Positions 8,568 through 19,045 of a stretch of DNA of 64,000 bases are shown in pieces. Under the pieces are notes generated by a model. That model worked only from the letters and a program-made list of their open reading frames with translations. It searched no databases and was not told where the DNA came from. Within the stretch, counting starts at the first letter, position 1. Every line of letters starts with the position of its first letter. Both the position numbers and the translations under genes were made by a program. Source of the stretch: Candidatus Eiseniibacteriota bacterium (GTDB lineage Bacteria > Eisenbacteria > RBG-16-71-46); contig CAVUWA010000010.1 in assembly GCA_963744995.1 (NCBI GenBank), forward strand, positions 192,001 to 256,000, in the 5' to 3' direction.

Positions 8568-9898
8568 GGGCACGACTCGCCATCGCGCTGGCGCTGATCG
8601 CCGCCTGCGGCGCCGATCCCGCCGCTGCGGCTGCCCCTTCGTTCGCCGGACACTGGGAGGGTGCGTACGGCCGCCTCGGTTCGATCCAGCTCGTCCGCCT
8701 GGACCTGGTGGAGCACGACGGCGCCTTCTCCGGCACGTTCGACGTCCCCGAGCTCGACCTCGAGCGGGAACCGATCCGCGCGGCCGCGCTCGATTCCGCC
8801 GGCCTCGAGCTGCGCCTCGTCTACGGCCCCTTCACCATGCGCCTCTCGGCCGACGGGTACGAGATGACCGGCGGCAACCGGCGCTGGAATCCGCCGCTCA
8901 CCCTTCACCTCAAGCGCGCCGTCGCCACCGAGCCGTGCGGACCGCCGCGCGAAACGATGACGTTCGCCAGCGGCAGCGTCAGGCTGGCCGGCACGCTGGT
9001 GCTGCCCGCAACGCCGGGTCCCCACCCCGCGGTCGCGATCGTGCACGGGTCGGGGCCGCAGAGCCGCGCCGACGGTTTGTACCGGCGCTGGGGCCGCTTC
9101 TTCGCCCGGCGTGGCGTGGCCGCGCTGATCTACGACAAGCGTGGCGCCGGCGAGTCCGGTGGCGATCTCGAACGCGCGACGTTCGACGATCTCGCCGGCG
9201 ACGCGCTGGCCGCCGTGCGGGCGCTCGCCGCGCGAGGAGACGTTCGCGCCGACGCGATCGGGCTGGTCGGCATCAGCCAGGGCGGCTGGGTCGCGCCGCT
9301 CGCCGCCGCGCGCGACTCCATGGTGCGCTTCCTGATCCTCGATGCCGGCCCCGCGGTGAGCGTGCGCGAGCAGGAGCTGCAGCGGGTCGAGTACACGCTG
9401 CGTGCGAACGAGTTCTCCGCAACCGACGTCGCGGCGGCGCTGGCCTACGTGAAGGAGGTCTTCCGCGCCGCCTACGGGCACGAGGGCGACGCGCGGCTCT
9501 TCGCGCGCGCCGCGGCGGTGAAGAAACGCCCGTGGGCCGCCCACGTGGGCGTGATCGAGTCCGAGGCCGATCTCGACGGCTGGCGCCTGATCCGCTACGA
9601 CCCGGCTGCCGTGCTGCGTCGCACGACCGTGCCGCTGCTGGCGCTGTACGGCGAGAACGACGTCCTGGTTCCGCCCGCCGAAAACGTTCACGTGTTGCAC
9701 GACCTGCTCGACGCGGCGGGCAACCGCGACGTCACCATTCGCGTGATCCCCGGCGTCGGTCACGACATGGAGACGTTCGGCCGGCTCGAAGGCGGCCGCT
9801 GGGACTGGCCCACGGCCTACTGGGTGTGGCCGCGGCACTCGCGCGCGTTCGACGCAGCCATCGACGAATGGCTCGCCGCGCACGGGCTCGGGCGATGA
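8564..9898 (+). CDS. Secreted alpha/beta hydrolase (peptidase/esterase-like)
   Basis: Signal peptide, HGSGP, YDKRGAGES, nucleophile elbow GISQGG, GENDVLVP, GVGH; GTGA coupling to gntR. Confidence 0.85.
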   Translation: MRARLAIALALIAACGADPAAAAAPSFAGHWEGAYGRLGSIQLVRLDLVEHDGAFSGTFDVPELDLEREPIRAAALDSAGLELRLVYGPFTMRLSADGYEMTGGNRRWNPPLTLHLKRAVATEPCGPPRETMTFASGSVRLAGTLVLPATPGPHPAVAIVHGSGPQSRADGLYRRWGRFFARRGVAALIYDKRGAGESGGDLERATFDDLAGDALAAVRALAARGDVRADAIGLVGISQGGWVAPLAAARDSMVRFLILDAGPAVSVREQELQRVEYTLRANEFSATDVAAALAYVKEVFRAAYGHEGDARLFARAAAVKKRPWAAHVGVIESEADLDGWRLIRYDPAAVLRRTTVPLLALYGENDVLVPPAENVHVLHDLLDAAGNRDVTIRVIPGVGHDMETFGRLEGGRWDWPTAYWVWPRHSRAFDAAIDEWLAAHGLGR

Positions 9899-10467
9899 AA
9901 CATCCCGAGCGTCCGCCGGACGTCGCCGCGCTGCTCGCCGCGCTCGATGCGCACGGCGTGGAATGCGTGCTGGTCGGCTCGGTGGCCGCCCGCGCCTACG
10001 GCGCCGAGATCCAGCCGGGCGATCTCGACGTCGTGCCGTCGCTCGAGCGGGCGAACCTCGAGCGGCTCGCCGCCATGCTCGAGTCGATCGAGGCGTCGAT
10101 CAGCGGCCGGATCGGGGTCTGGACGCTGCAGGAGAACGGCGAGCGACGCTGGATCGAGGCCGACGAGACGCCCGCCGAGCACGCGGCGCGCGCCGCGGCC
10201 TGGGCGCCCGACCCGGACGACGTGGCGACGTTCGACCATCTGTTCATGACGCGCCACGGCAATTTCGACACCCCGCCCGAGATCTGCGGCACCTACGAGG
10301 CGCTGGCGCCGCGAGCGCGCGCGGGACGCGTCGCCGGGGTGCGGGCGCGCATCGCGCACGTGGACGATCTGCTCGAGCGGCTCACGGTGCCGCGGCGCGC
10401 GAAAGACGTGCCGCGCGTCGCGGCGCTGCGGGCGGCACAGCGCGCAGGACGGACGCCGGGGGACTGA
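9895..10467 (+). CDS. Putative nucleotidyltransferase (Pol-beta superfamily-like)
   Basis: ATG overlaps the upstream stop; LLAALDAHGVECVLVGSVAARAYG...GDLDVVP (GS...DxD), C-terminal 'RAKD'. Confidence 0.65.
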   Translation: MKHPERPPDVAALLAALDAHGVECVLVGSVAARAYGAEIQPGDLDVVPSLERANLERLAAMLESIEASISGRIGVWTLQENGERRWIEADETPAEHAARAAAWAPDPDDVATFDHLFMTRHGNFDTPPEICGTYEALAPRARAGRVAGVRARIAHVDDLLERLTVPRRAKDVPRVAALRAAQRAGRTPGD

Positions 10468-10576
10468 AGTACGCGGCATGGAGGCCGCGATGCGCGCAGG
10501 GCGGGCACGGACGCCGCGGGTCCTGCGCGCATGATTCGAGCGGACGGGCGCCGGCCGCGCCGCGCCGCCGCCTGCG

Positions 10577-11266
10577 TCAGGCGCCGATCGCCGCGCGCAA
10601 TGCGCGCAGCGCATCGAGCGGGCGGGCCGCGCCGTAGATCGAGCTGCCCGCGACGAAGACCTCGGCGCCGGCTTCCCGGCAGATCGGGGCGGTGACCGGA
10701 TCCACGCCGCCATCCACCTCGATCCGGTAGCCGAAGCCGCCGCGTTCGCGCCGCGCGTGAGCCTCGCGCACCTTGCCCATCATGTCGGCCATGAACGCCT
10801 GCCCGCCGAAGCCGGGTTCCACGGTCATCACCAGCAACAGGTCGATCGCACCGAGGTGGGGCGCCGCCGCCTCGAGCGGCGTGCCGGGCTTGATCGCGAG
10901 CCCCGCCCTGAGCCCCGCGGCGCGGATCGCCGAGAGCGCACCGCCCACGCCCGAATCGTGGCGTGCCTCGACGTGCACGGTGAGCTGATCGGCGCCCGCG
11001 TCGCGGAACGCCCCGATCAGGCGTTCGGGATGATGGATCATCAGGTGGACGTCGACGAACGCGCGCGACAGGGCCCGCACCGCCTTCACGATCAGCGGGC
11101 CGAAGGTGAGGTTCGGTACGAAGTGGTTGTCCATCACGTCGCAGTGCGCCCAGTCGCGGGCCGGGTCGACGATCGCCAGCGCGCGGTCCAGATGCGCGAA
11201 GTCGGCCGACAGGATGCTGGGCGCGGCGGTCGGCCCGGCCGGCCATGTGCGGGCTCCCGGCGTCAT
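10577..11266 (-). CDS. rpe: Ribulose-phosphate 3-epimerase
   Basis: APSILSADF, HCDVMDNHFVPNLTFG, DVHLM, MTVEPGFGGQ, IEVDGG, VAGS. Confidence 0.96.
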   Translation of the reverse strand: MTPGARTWPAGPTAAPSILSADFAHLDRALAIVDPARDWAHCDVMDNHFVPNLTFGPLIVKAVRALSRAFVDVHLMIHHPERLIGAFRDAGADQLTVHVEARHDSGVGGALSAIRAAGLRAGLAIKPGTPLEAAAPHLGAIDLLLVMTVEPGFGGQAFMADMMGKVREAHARRERGGFGYRIEVDGGVDPVTAPICREAGAEVFVAGSSIYGAARPLDALRALRAAIGA

Positions 11267-12261
11267 CGGATCAGACGCCCCAGCGCCTGCAGCACGACCG
11301 TGTCGCGCCGGCTGATCTGCGCGCCGGGGCGCGGCTGCTGGAACACGATCGTGCCGATCGGCGCGCTGCCGGGCGGGACCCGCACGTGCAGGCCGAACGC
11401 CTCGAGCTGCGAGCGCGCGCGGCTGATTTCGCGCCCGAGCAGATCGGGCATCAGGAACGCCTCCTGCCCGGCACCGGCCGAGACCAGCAGGCTCACCGGG
11501 GTGTCGCGCGGCAGCACGCTCTCGGCGGGCGGATCGGAGGCGAGCACCAGCCCGTCGCCCATGTCGGTGGAGGGTGCGCGGGTGATGCGGCCGAGCGCCA
11601 GCCCGGCGCTCTTCAACAGCTGCTCCGCGCTGCGCCGCGATTCGCCATAGAGGGCCGGCACCGAGCTGAACTCCTCGCCGAGGCTCACGATCACCTGCAC
11701 CGTCTTCTGCCGGCGCACGGGCGAGCCCGGTCCCGGGTCCTGCGAGATGATGAAGCCGCGCGGCACGTCGGTTTCGAAGCGCTCGCCCGCGCGCGAGACC
11801 TGCAGGCCGTGCTGGCCGAGCACCGCCTCGGCCTGATCGAGCGACAGCTGGTGCACGTCAGGCACCCGCACCTCCGCCTTGCTGTGGATCAGTCCCGGCA
11901 TCAGCAGGTAGTTGAACACCACGAGTCCGGTCGCGAAAGCGGCGATCGCGAACACCGACATCACGACGAGATGGACGACCTTCGGTCGGCCGCGCGGCGG
12001 CGCGGACCCGGTCGGCGCATCGATCGGACCGGGGGCAGCGTCTTCCCGGGACGCGGCATCGGCATCGTGCTCCGCCCCCCCGGAGGCGGCCGTGCCGCCC
12101 GCCTCCACTGCGGCCGCGCCGGCGCCGGCGCCCGTCGCACCGCGCGCCCCGGACGGTGCTTCCTCGGCGCCGGATGCACGCGATGCCGCACCGGGATCCG
12201 CGGCGTCCGGCGCCGCGTCGGGCCCGGGCTTTCCGCCGTGCCGTTCCTGCCGGTCGCTCAC
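11263..12261 (-). CDS. Membrane-anchored PASTA-repeat protein without kinase domain
   Basis: GTG overlapping the rsmB stop; about 100-aa Ala/Gly/Asp-rich N-terminus, one TM, three PASTA-like repeats (VPDVHQLS, VPALYGES, MPDLLGRE). Confidence 0.8.
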   Translation of the reverse strand: MSDRQERHGGKPGPDAAPDAADPGAASRASGAEEAPSGARGATGAGAGAAAVEAGGTAASGGAEHDADAASREDAAPGPIDAPTGSAPPRGRPKVVHLVVMSVFAIAAFATGLVVFNYLLMPGLIHSKAEVRVPDVHQLSLDQAEAVLGQHGLQVSRAGERFETDVPRGFIISQDPGPGSPVRRQKTVQVIVSLGEEFSSVPALYGESRRSAEQLLKSAGLALGRITRAPSTDMGDGLVLASDPPAESVLPRDTPVSLLVSAGAGQEAFLMPDLLGREISRARSQLEAFGLHVRVPPGSAPIGTIVFQQPRPGAQISRRDTVVLQALGRLIR

Positions 12262-13952
12262 GTCTTCCTCAGCCGGGCCGCGAACGCGCCGTCGCATCCG
12301 TGCACGTGCGGCAGCACCCGCATGAAGCCGTCCGCATCCACCACGCCCTCCGGCAGGAACGCTGCCGCCGACTCGAGCACGAACGAGCCGCTGGAGCGCA
12401 GGAAGCGCTCGATCACGCCGGTCGTCTCTTCGGGCTCGAACGAGCACACGCTGTAGACGATCGCGCCGCCGGGTCGCGCGCGCGCAGCGGCCGCATGCAA
12501 CAGCTCGATCTGCAGCTGCGGCATCTCGCGCAGCACCTCCGGACCCTTGCGCCAGCGCGCGTCGGCACGGCGGCCGAGCACGCCGAGGCCCGAGCATGGT
12601 GCATCCACCAGCACGCGGTCGAACGGCATCGGGAACGCATACGTGCGCCCGTCGCCCTGCACGGCGTGGATGCAGTGGAGACCGAGGCGCCCGATCGTGG
12701 CCTCGATCGAGGCCACCCGTTCCGGCGCGCGATCGAGCGCCCACACCTCGCCTTCGTCGCCGATCTTCTCGGCGAGGTGCGTGCACTTGCCGCCGGGCGC
12801 CGCGCAGAGGTCGAGGATCCGGTCGTGCGGCTCGGGCGCCACCAGGCGCGCTACGAGCGCCTCGCTCTCGTCCTGCGCGGTGCACCAGCCTTCGCGGAAC
12901 ACCTGGAGTGCGCCCGGCGAGGCCGGTGTCTCGAGCCAGACGAGATCGTCGGCGAGCCGCGCCGGCACGGCGGCGATCCCTTCGGCGGCGAGCCGCTCGA
13001 CGAGCTGCTCGCGCGTCCCGCGCATGACGTTGACACGCAGGCCGACCGGCACGGCGCGGTTATTGGCCTCGAGCAGCGCGCGCGTCGCCTCGGGGCCGAA
13101 GCGCCGCAGCCAGCGCTCGACGATCCAGAGCGGATGCGAGCCCCATACCGCGAGGGATCCGGCGTCATCGCCTGCGGGGATGTCGAGTGCGGCCTTCTCT
13201 TCGATCAGCCGCCTGAGCACGCTGTTGACGAGCCCCGCGGTGCCGGGATGCCCGTACTTGTGCGCGAGCTTCACCGACTCGTCCACCGCGGCGTGGGCAG
13301 GAATGCGGTCGAGGAACAGCAGCTGGTAGGCGCCGAGCCTCAGCACGTTGCGGACCCACGGCTGCACCTGCGAGAGGCCGATGTGGATGCGGGCATCGAG
13401 GACGTAGTCGAGCCGGCCGCGCCAGCGCAGCGACCCCTTGACCAGCTCGTGCATGAGCGCGGCGTCGCGCGCGTCGGGCCCGCCGCGTGCGTGCGCGCCG
13501 TCGAGCAGCCGGTCGCTGAACGCGCTGCGCGTGTCCACCGCATGCAGGATGCGCAGCGCCGCCTCGCGCGGATTGGAAGGCAGCGCCGGTGCCTCGCGCG
13601 GCTCGCGTCCGTCGCGGCCGTTGCGCCCGCGCGGTGCGCCGCTGCCCGGACCGCGGTCCCGCCGGAAGCGGCCGCGCGGCCGCTTGTCTTCATAGATCGG
13701 GCGAGAACGGTTCACGGCGTCCGCCTGTCCGCCGCGCGGGCGGCGGTCGTTCGTCGCGCCGCCGGCGGGAGGATCGGTGCGCGGCCCGCTGCGTTCGAAA
13801 CGCCGACGGTCGCCCGTGCCACCGCGCGCGGCGTTGCCGGGATCCGTGTTGCCGCGCGGCGCGCCGCGACGGCCCGCGCGTCCATCGCCACGCCGCTTGC
13901 CGCGCGCCGGACCGCGCCCGTCGCCCGGGCGGCCCGGCCGTTCGTCGCTCAT
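12258..13952 (-). CDS. rsmB: 16S rRNA m5C967 methyltransferase RsmB/Sun with long Arg/Gly-rich N-terminal extension
   Basis: NusB-like domain (LRLGAYQLLFLDRIPAHAAVDESVKLA), ILDLCAAPGGK, LVDAPCSGLG, YSVCS; ATG overlaps the fmt stop with a GGAGG RBS. Confidence 0.92.
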   Translation of the reverse strand: MSDERPGRPGDGRGPARGKRRGDGRAGRRGAPRGNTDPGNAARGGTGDRRRFERSGPRTDPPAGGATNDRRPRGGQADAVNRSRPIYEDKRPRGRFRRDRGPGSGAPRGRNGRDGREPREAPALPSNPREAALRILHAVDTRSAFSDRLLDGAHARGGPDARDAALMHELVKGSLRWRGRLDYVLDARIHIGLSQVQPWVRNVLRLGAYQLLFLDRIPAHAAVDESVKLAHKYGHPGTAGLVNSVLRRLIEEKAALDIPAGDDAGSLAVWGSHPLWIVERWLRRFGPEATRALLEANNRAVPVGLRVNVMRGTREQLVERLAAEGIAAVPARLADDLVWLETPASPGALQVFREGWCTAQDESEALVARLVAPEPHDRILDLCAAPGGKCTHLAEKIGDEGEVWALDRAPERVASIEATIGRLGLHCIHAVQGDGRTYAFPMPFDRVLVDAPCSGLGVLGRRADARWRKGPEVLREMPQLQIELLHAAAARARPGGAIVYSVCSFEPEETTGVIERFLRSSGSFVLESAAAFLPEGVVDADGFMRVLPHVHGCDGAFAARLRKT

Positions 13953-14908
13953 GCCGCCTCCGCGCGGATCGTTTCCAGCCGCTGCCCGATCTGGAGCCGC
14001 GCGCCACGCGCCCAGTCCGCCGCGCTCATCGCCGGGCGCGAGGCGGGCCGCACGCGCGTGAGGCGCAGCACGCCGCTCGCGCACGCCACCTCCACCCCGT
14101 CCGGCGTGATCGCCACGATGGCGCCCGGCGGGACGCCCGGGCTGCCGTTCCGCGCGGGCTCACAGGCTTCGATGCGCAGCGGATGGCCCGCGTGATCCAC
14201 CGTCGCCCCCGGCCACGGCGTCACCGCGCGCTGGCGGTTCCAGACCGTCTTCGCCTCCGCCTCGAACGAGAGCCAGCCGTCCCGCTTCTTCATCTTCTTC
14301 GCGTACGAGACGCCTGCGGCCGGCTGCGGCGTGCGCGGCGCCTTCCCCGCATGCGCGAGCGCGAGGCTCTCGGCGAGCAGCGGCGCCCCGAGCACGGCCA
14401 GCCGCGCCGACAGCTCGCCCGCGGTCTCGCCCGCTTCGATCGCCACCCTGCGCGTCAGGATCATGTCGCCGGTGTCGAGCCCTGCGTCCATCCACATCGT
14501 CGTCACTCCGGTCTCCTCGAGCCCGTCCCAGATCGCGCGCTGCACCGGCGCCGCGCCCCGGTAGGCCGGCAGCAGCGACCCGTGCAGGTTGATCGAGCCG
14601 AGCTTCGGCACCTCGAGCAGCTCGCGCCCGAGGATCCCGCCGAACGCCACCACCGCGAACAGGTCGGGGTGGAGCGACCGCAGGGTCGCCACGACGTCCG
14701 GCACGTTCACCTTTTCCGGTTTCAACACGGCGAACCCCAGCGCCGCGGCCTCCGCGCCGACATCCGATGGCTGGAGCGTCCGCCCGCGCCCGCGCCCGCG
14801 ATCGGGTTGCGTCACCACCGCGGCCACATCGCAGGTCTCGTGCACCGCGTGCAGCGACGGCACGGCGAAATCGGGCGTTCCCATGAACACCACGCGCGGC
14901 CGGCTCAG
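13949..14908 (-). CDS. fmt: Methionyl-tRNA formyltransferase
   Basis: VFMGTPDFA, VVTQPDR, INLHGSLLPAYRGAAP, MDAGLDTG, PWPGA. Start is either CTG 14908 (RBS-supported) or GTG 14893. Confidence 0.95.
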   Translation of the reverse strand: MSRPRVVFMGTPDFAVPSLHAVHETCDVAAVVTQPDRGRGRGRTLQPSDVGAEAAALGFAVLKPEKVNVPDVVATLRSLHPDLFAVVAFGGILGRELLEVPKLGSINLHGSLLPAYRGAAPVQRAIWDGLEETGVTTMWMDAGLDTGDMILTRRVAIEAGETAGELSARLAVLGAPLLAESLALAHAGKAPRTPQPAAGVSYAKKMKKRDGWLSFEAEAKTVWNRQRAVTPWPGATVDHAGHPLRIEACEPARNGSPGVPPGAIVAITPDGVEVACASGVLRLTRVRPASRPAMSAADWARGARLQIGQRLETIRAEAA

Positions 14909-15453
14909 ACTTCGCCTCCGTGCTCGCCCGGGTGATAGCCCTCGGGGATCTCGCCGCGGGCGAGCTGATCGAGTGCCTTCTTGAGGAACTGCCGCCTGAG
15001 CGGCGACAGGCGGTCGGTGAACAGGACGCCGTTCAGGTGGTCGTTCTCGTGCTGGATCGCCCGCGCCAGATAGTCGTTCGCCGTGAGTTCGATCGGATTG
15101 CCGAACACGTCGAACCCGCGAACCCGAATCTGCAGTGCGCGCGAGACGTCCTCGTAAATGCCCGGCATCGACAGGCAGCCCTCTTCGGCCGACTCCGAAC
15201 CCTCGCGCTGATCCAGCACCGGATTGACGATCGCCTGGCGCACGCGGCGCTCCTCGTCCACCGGGACGTCGATGACGAACACGCGCTGCAGCACGCCGAC
15301 CTGGTTCGCCGCGAGTCCGACACCCTGATAGGCGTGCATGGTCTCGAACATGTCCTCGACCAGCCTGCGCAGCGTGTCGTCGAACTCGGTCACGTCGGCG
15401 GCTTTGGTGCGCAGCGCCGGGTCGCCGTAGATGCGGACGGGACGGATCGCCAT
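14905..15453 (-). CDS. def: Peptide deformylase
   Basis: GVGLAANQVG, EGCLS, QHENDHLNG motifs; ATG 15453. Confidence 0.96.
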   Translation of the reverse strand: MAIRPVRIYGDPALRTKAADVTEFDDTLRRLVEDMFETMHAYQGVGLAANQVGVLQRVFVIDVPVDEERRVRQAIVNPVLDQREGSESAEEGCLSMPGIYEDVSRALQIRVRGFDVFGNPIELTANDYLARAIQHENDHLNGVLFTDRLSPLRRQFLKKALDQLARGEIPEGYHPGEHGGEV

Positions 15454-15773
15454 CAGGCCTCCGGCATCACCTGCACGATCGCGCTCTTCACGAACTCGAG
15501 CTTGGTGTTCTCGGCGACTTTCAGCACCGCCTTCTCGCCGTCCAAACCGACCACGGTGCCGTAGATCCCGCCGTTGGTGAGCACCCTGTCGCCCTTCTTG
15601 AGCGCGGAGATCATCGCCTCGGTCTTCTTCTTCTGCTGCTGCTGCGGCCGGATGATCAGGAAGTAGAGGATCAGGAAGATCGGCAGGAACTGCAGCAGCA
15701 TCAGCAGCGTGCTGACCATCGGATTGCCCTGTTGCGCGCCGCCCGCCGCCTGCGCCCATGCGTCAGTCCACAT
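15453..15773 (-). CDS. yajC: Preprotein translocase subunit YajC
   Basis: YFLIIRPQ..., LKKGDRVLTNGGIYGTV; downstream of tgt. Confidence 0.95.
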   Translation of the reverse strand: MWTDAWAQAAGGAQQGNPMVSTLLMLLQFLPIFLILYFLIIRPQQQQKKKTEAMISALKKGDRVLTNGGIYGTVVGLDGEKAVLKVAENTKLEFVKSAIVQVMPEA

Positions 15774-15812
15774 CGTGCCTCCCCTGGTCGTTCGCGCGCC
15801 CCGCGCGCTCCG

Positions 15813-17053
<1,241 letters not shown>

Positions 17054-17146
17054 GGCGGGGCGGGCGGCTGGATCCGACGGCATTGCGGCTCCGGAAGCGG
17101 CCGCTCGCCGGGCGGCCGGGAGTGGCTTGCGCGGCCGCCCCGATCC

Positions 17147-17647
17147 ATGGACGCTCGGGCCGTGATGAAGCCCGTCTCTTCCACCCGGCTCCGCCCCGCC
17201 ACGGCGGCAGATGCCGCATTGCTGACGCAACTGCGCCGAGCCCTGTTCGACGACCTGGGCCGGGGCGCGGACGCCGAAGGCACGCTGGCGTTCGAGCGTG
17301 CGTGCGAGCCGGTGCTGGGCGAAGCGCTCGCGAACGGCACAGCGATGGCGTGGCTGGTGGAGGATCACGCGGGCGCCGCCGTCGCGACGGCCATGTTGCT
17401 CATCTTCCCGCGCCTGCCCACGCCGCGCGACCGGCGGGCCGCCGAGGGTTATCTGCTGGGCGTCTTCACGGTGCCCGCGTGGCGACGCCGGGGCCTCGCG
17501 CGAACGCTGGTCACCGCGGCCATCGAAGAGGCACGCCGTCTCGGTCTCGCCCGCGTGCGACTCAGCACTTCCGCAGAGGGCCGCGCGCTCTATGCGGCGC
17601 TCGGCTTCAGGGGCAACCCGAACGCCATGGAGCTGGTCCTCGGCTGA
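17147..17647 (+). CDS. GNAT-family N-acetyltransferase
   Basis: GYLLGVFTVPAWRRRGLARTL (motif A), GRALYAALGF. Confidence 0.85.
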   Translation: MDARAVMKPVSSTRLRPATAADAALLTQLRRALFDDLGRGADAEGTLAFERACEPVLGEALANGTAMAWLVEDHAGAAVATAMLLIFPRLPTPRDRRAAEGYLLGVFTVPAWRRRGLARTLVTAAIEEARRLGLARVRLSTSAEGRALYAALGFRGNPNAMELVLG

Positions 17648-17725
17648 GTCCGCAGCGCCGTCGCAGTCGGCCTGCGCGGCCGGCGTGCGGTTGCAACTCG
17701 TTTCCAGGCTGTCCATTGCGGATCG

Positions 17726-17752
17726 GGTCGAAATCCGGCTCCCCCGTTCGTC
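17726..17752 (+). promoter_or_regulatory. Putative ECF42-type promoter upstream of doxX
   Basis: GGTCGA-17 nt-CGTC, resembling the TGTCGA/CG(A/T)C motif described for ECF42 sigma factors; a candidate cognate sigma gene lies in this operon. Confidence 0.5.
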
Positions 17753-17806
17753 GTAAGGGTGGAAGCCGGATGGGCCGGCTTCCGACCCGAACGAAGGGAG
17801 CCTGCC

Positions 17807-18214
17807 ATGTCGACCCTCTCCAGGAAGCGCCGCATCGCCCTCTGGATCCTCCAGGGACTGCTCGCCGCCCTGTTCCTGTTCGCCGGCGGTTTCAAGCTCG
17901 CGATGCCGCTCGACGAGCTGGCCCGCACCGCGTCCATGAACGGCATGTTCCTCAAGTTCATCGGCCTGTGCGAGGTCGCGGGCGGGCTCGGGCTGGTGCT
18001 GCCCGGGCTGTTCCGCGTCCGCACCGGCCTCACGCCGCTGGCGGCGGCGGGGCTCGTGATCATCATGATCGGCGCGACCGTCACGACGCTGGCGACGCAG
18101 GGCGCGGCTCCCGCTATCTTCCCGTGCGTGGTGGGCGTGCTCGCGGCGGTGGTGGCGGTGGGGCGCCGGCAGCCCGCCTCGCGGCCGGCGGCGACCCTCG
18201 CGCGGGCCGCCTGA
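17807..18214 (+). CDS. DoxX-family membrane protein
   Basis: LWILQGLLAALFLFAGGFKL...FIGLCEVAGGLGLVLP...LTPLAAAGL; GGAG RBS before ATG 17807. Confidence 0.85.
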   Translation: MSTLSRKRRIALWILQGLLAALFLFAGGFKLAMPLDELARTASMNGMFLKFIGLCEVAGGLGLVLPGLFRVRTGLTPLAAAGLVIIMIGATVTTLATQGAAPAIFPCVVGVLAAVVAVGRRQPASRPAATLARAA

Positions 18215-18294
18215 GCTGGCGCTCGAAACCCGGAGATTCGATCCCGACTGAGGCCGGAAGACGGCCGGATTTCAGACCCTGAGGAGAACAGACG

Positions 18295-18681
18295 ATGCGC
18301 TTCATGATGCTGGTGATTCCGAAAGCCTACGAGACCGCGACCGCGGACTTCGTGCCCCCTGCCGAACTCGTGGCGAAGATGACGAAGTACAACGAATCGC
18401 TGGAAAAGGCCGGTGTGCTGCTGAGTCTCGACGGGCTGCATCCGCCGGCGAAAGCCGCCCGCGTCGAGTTCGGCAGGGACCGGTCCCACGTGGTGGACGG
18501 ACCCTTCGCGGAGTCCAAGGAGCTGATCGGCGGCTACTGGGTGATCCAGGCCCGCTCGCGCGAAGAGGCGATCGAGTGGGCGAAGCGAGCGCCGATGCTG
18601 GAGGGCGACATCATCGAGGTGCGCCAGATCCAGGAAATCGACGAGTTCCCGCCGGACGTCCAGAAGGCCGCGGGGAGGTGA
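18295..18681 (+). CDS. YciI/DGPF-family protein
   Basis: MRFMML..., VVDGPFAESKELIGGYWVI, IEVRQI. Confidence 0.9.
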   Translation: MRFMMLVIPKAYETATADFVPPAELVAKMTKYNESLEKAGVLLSLDGLHPPAKAARVEFGRDRSHVVDGPFAESKELIGGYWVIQARSREEAIEWAKRAPMLEGDIIEVRQIQEIDEFPPDVQKAAGR

Positions 18682-18683
18682 CC

Positions 18684-19045
18684 ATGCGATTCCTGTCGAT
18701 CATCCGTGCGGCGGAGAACCAGGGCGCGCCGCCGCAGGCGACTCATGGACGCCATGGGCCCGTTCGTCGCCGAATCGCTGAAGAACGGATCGGTCGTGCA
18801 GACCGGCGGGCTCGCCAGGAGCGCCGCGGGGTTCCGGATCCGCATGTCGGGCGGGAGGCTCACCGTCACCGACGGCCCGTTCGCCGAGAGCAAGGAAGTG
18901 ATCGGCGGCTACGCGCTCATCGCCGCCGACACCCGGGAGGCGGCCGTCGAGACCACCCGCGCGTTCATGCAGCTCCACCTGGATCACTGGCCCGAGTGGG
19001 AAGGCGAGTGCGAGGTGCGCGAGGTGGTAGTTCCTGGCGCCGTGA
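18684..19045 (+). CDS. Second YciI/DGPF-family protein (two apparent +1 frameshifts)
   Basis: MRFLSIIRAAENQGAPPQA then a frame change near 18741 to LMDAMG...VTDGPFAESKEVIGGYALI...CEVREV; a second extra base near 19028 hides the natural stop TGA 19043-19045. Confidence 0.8.
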
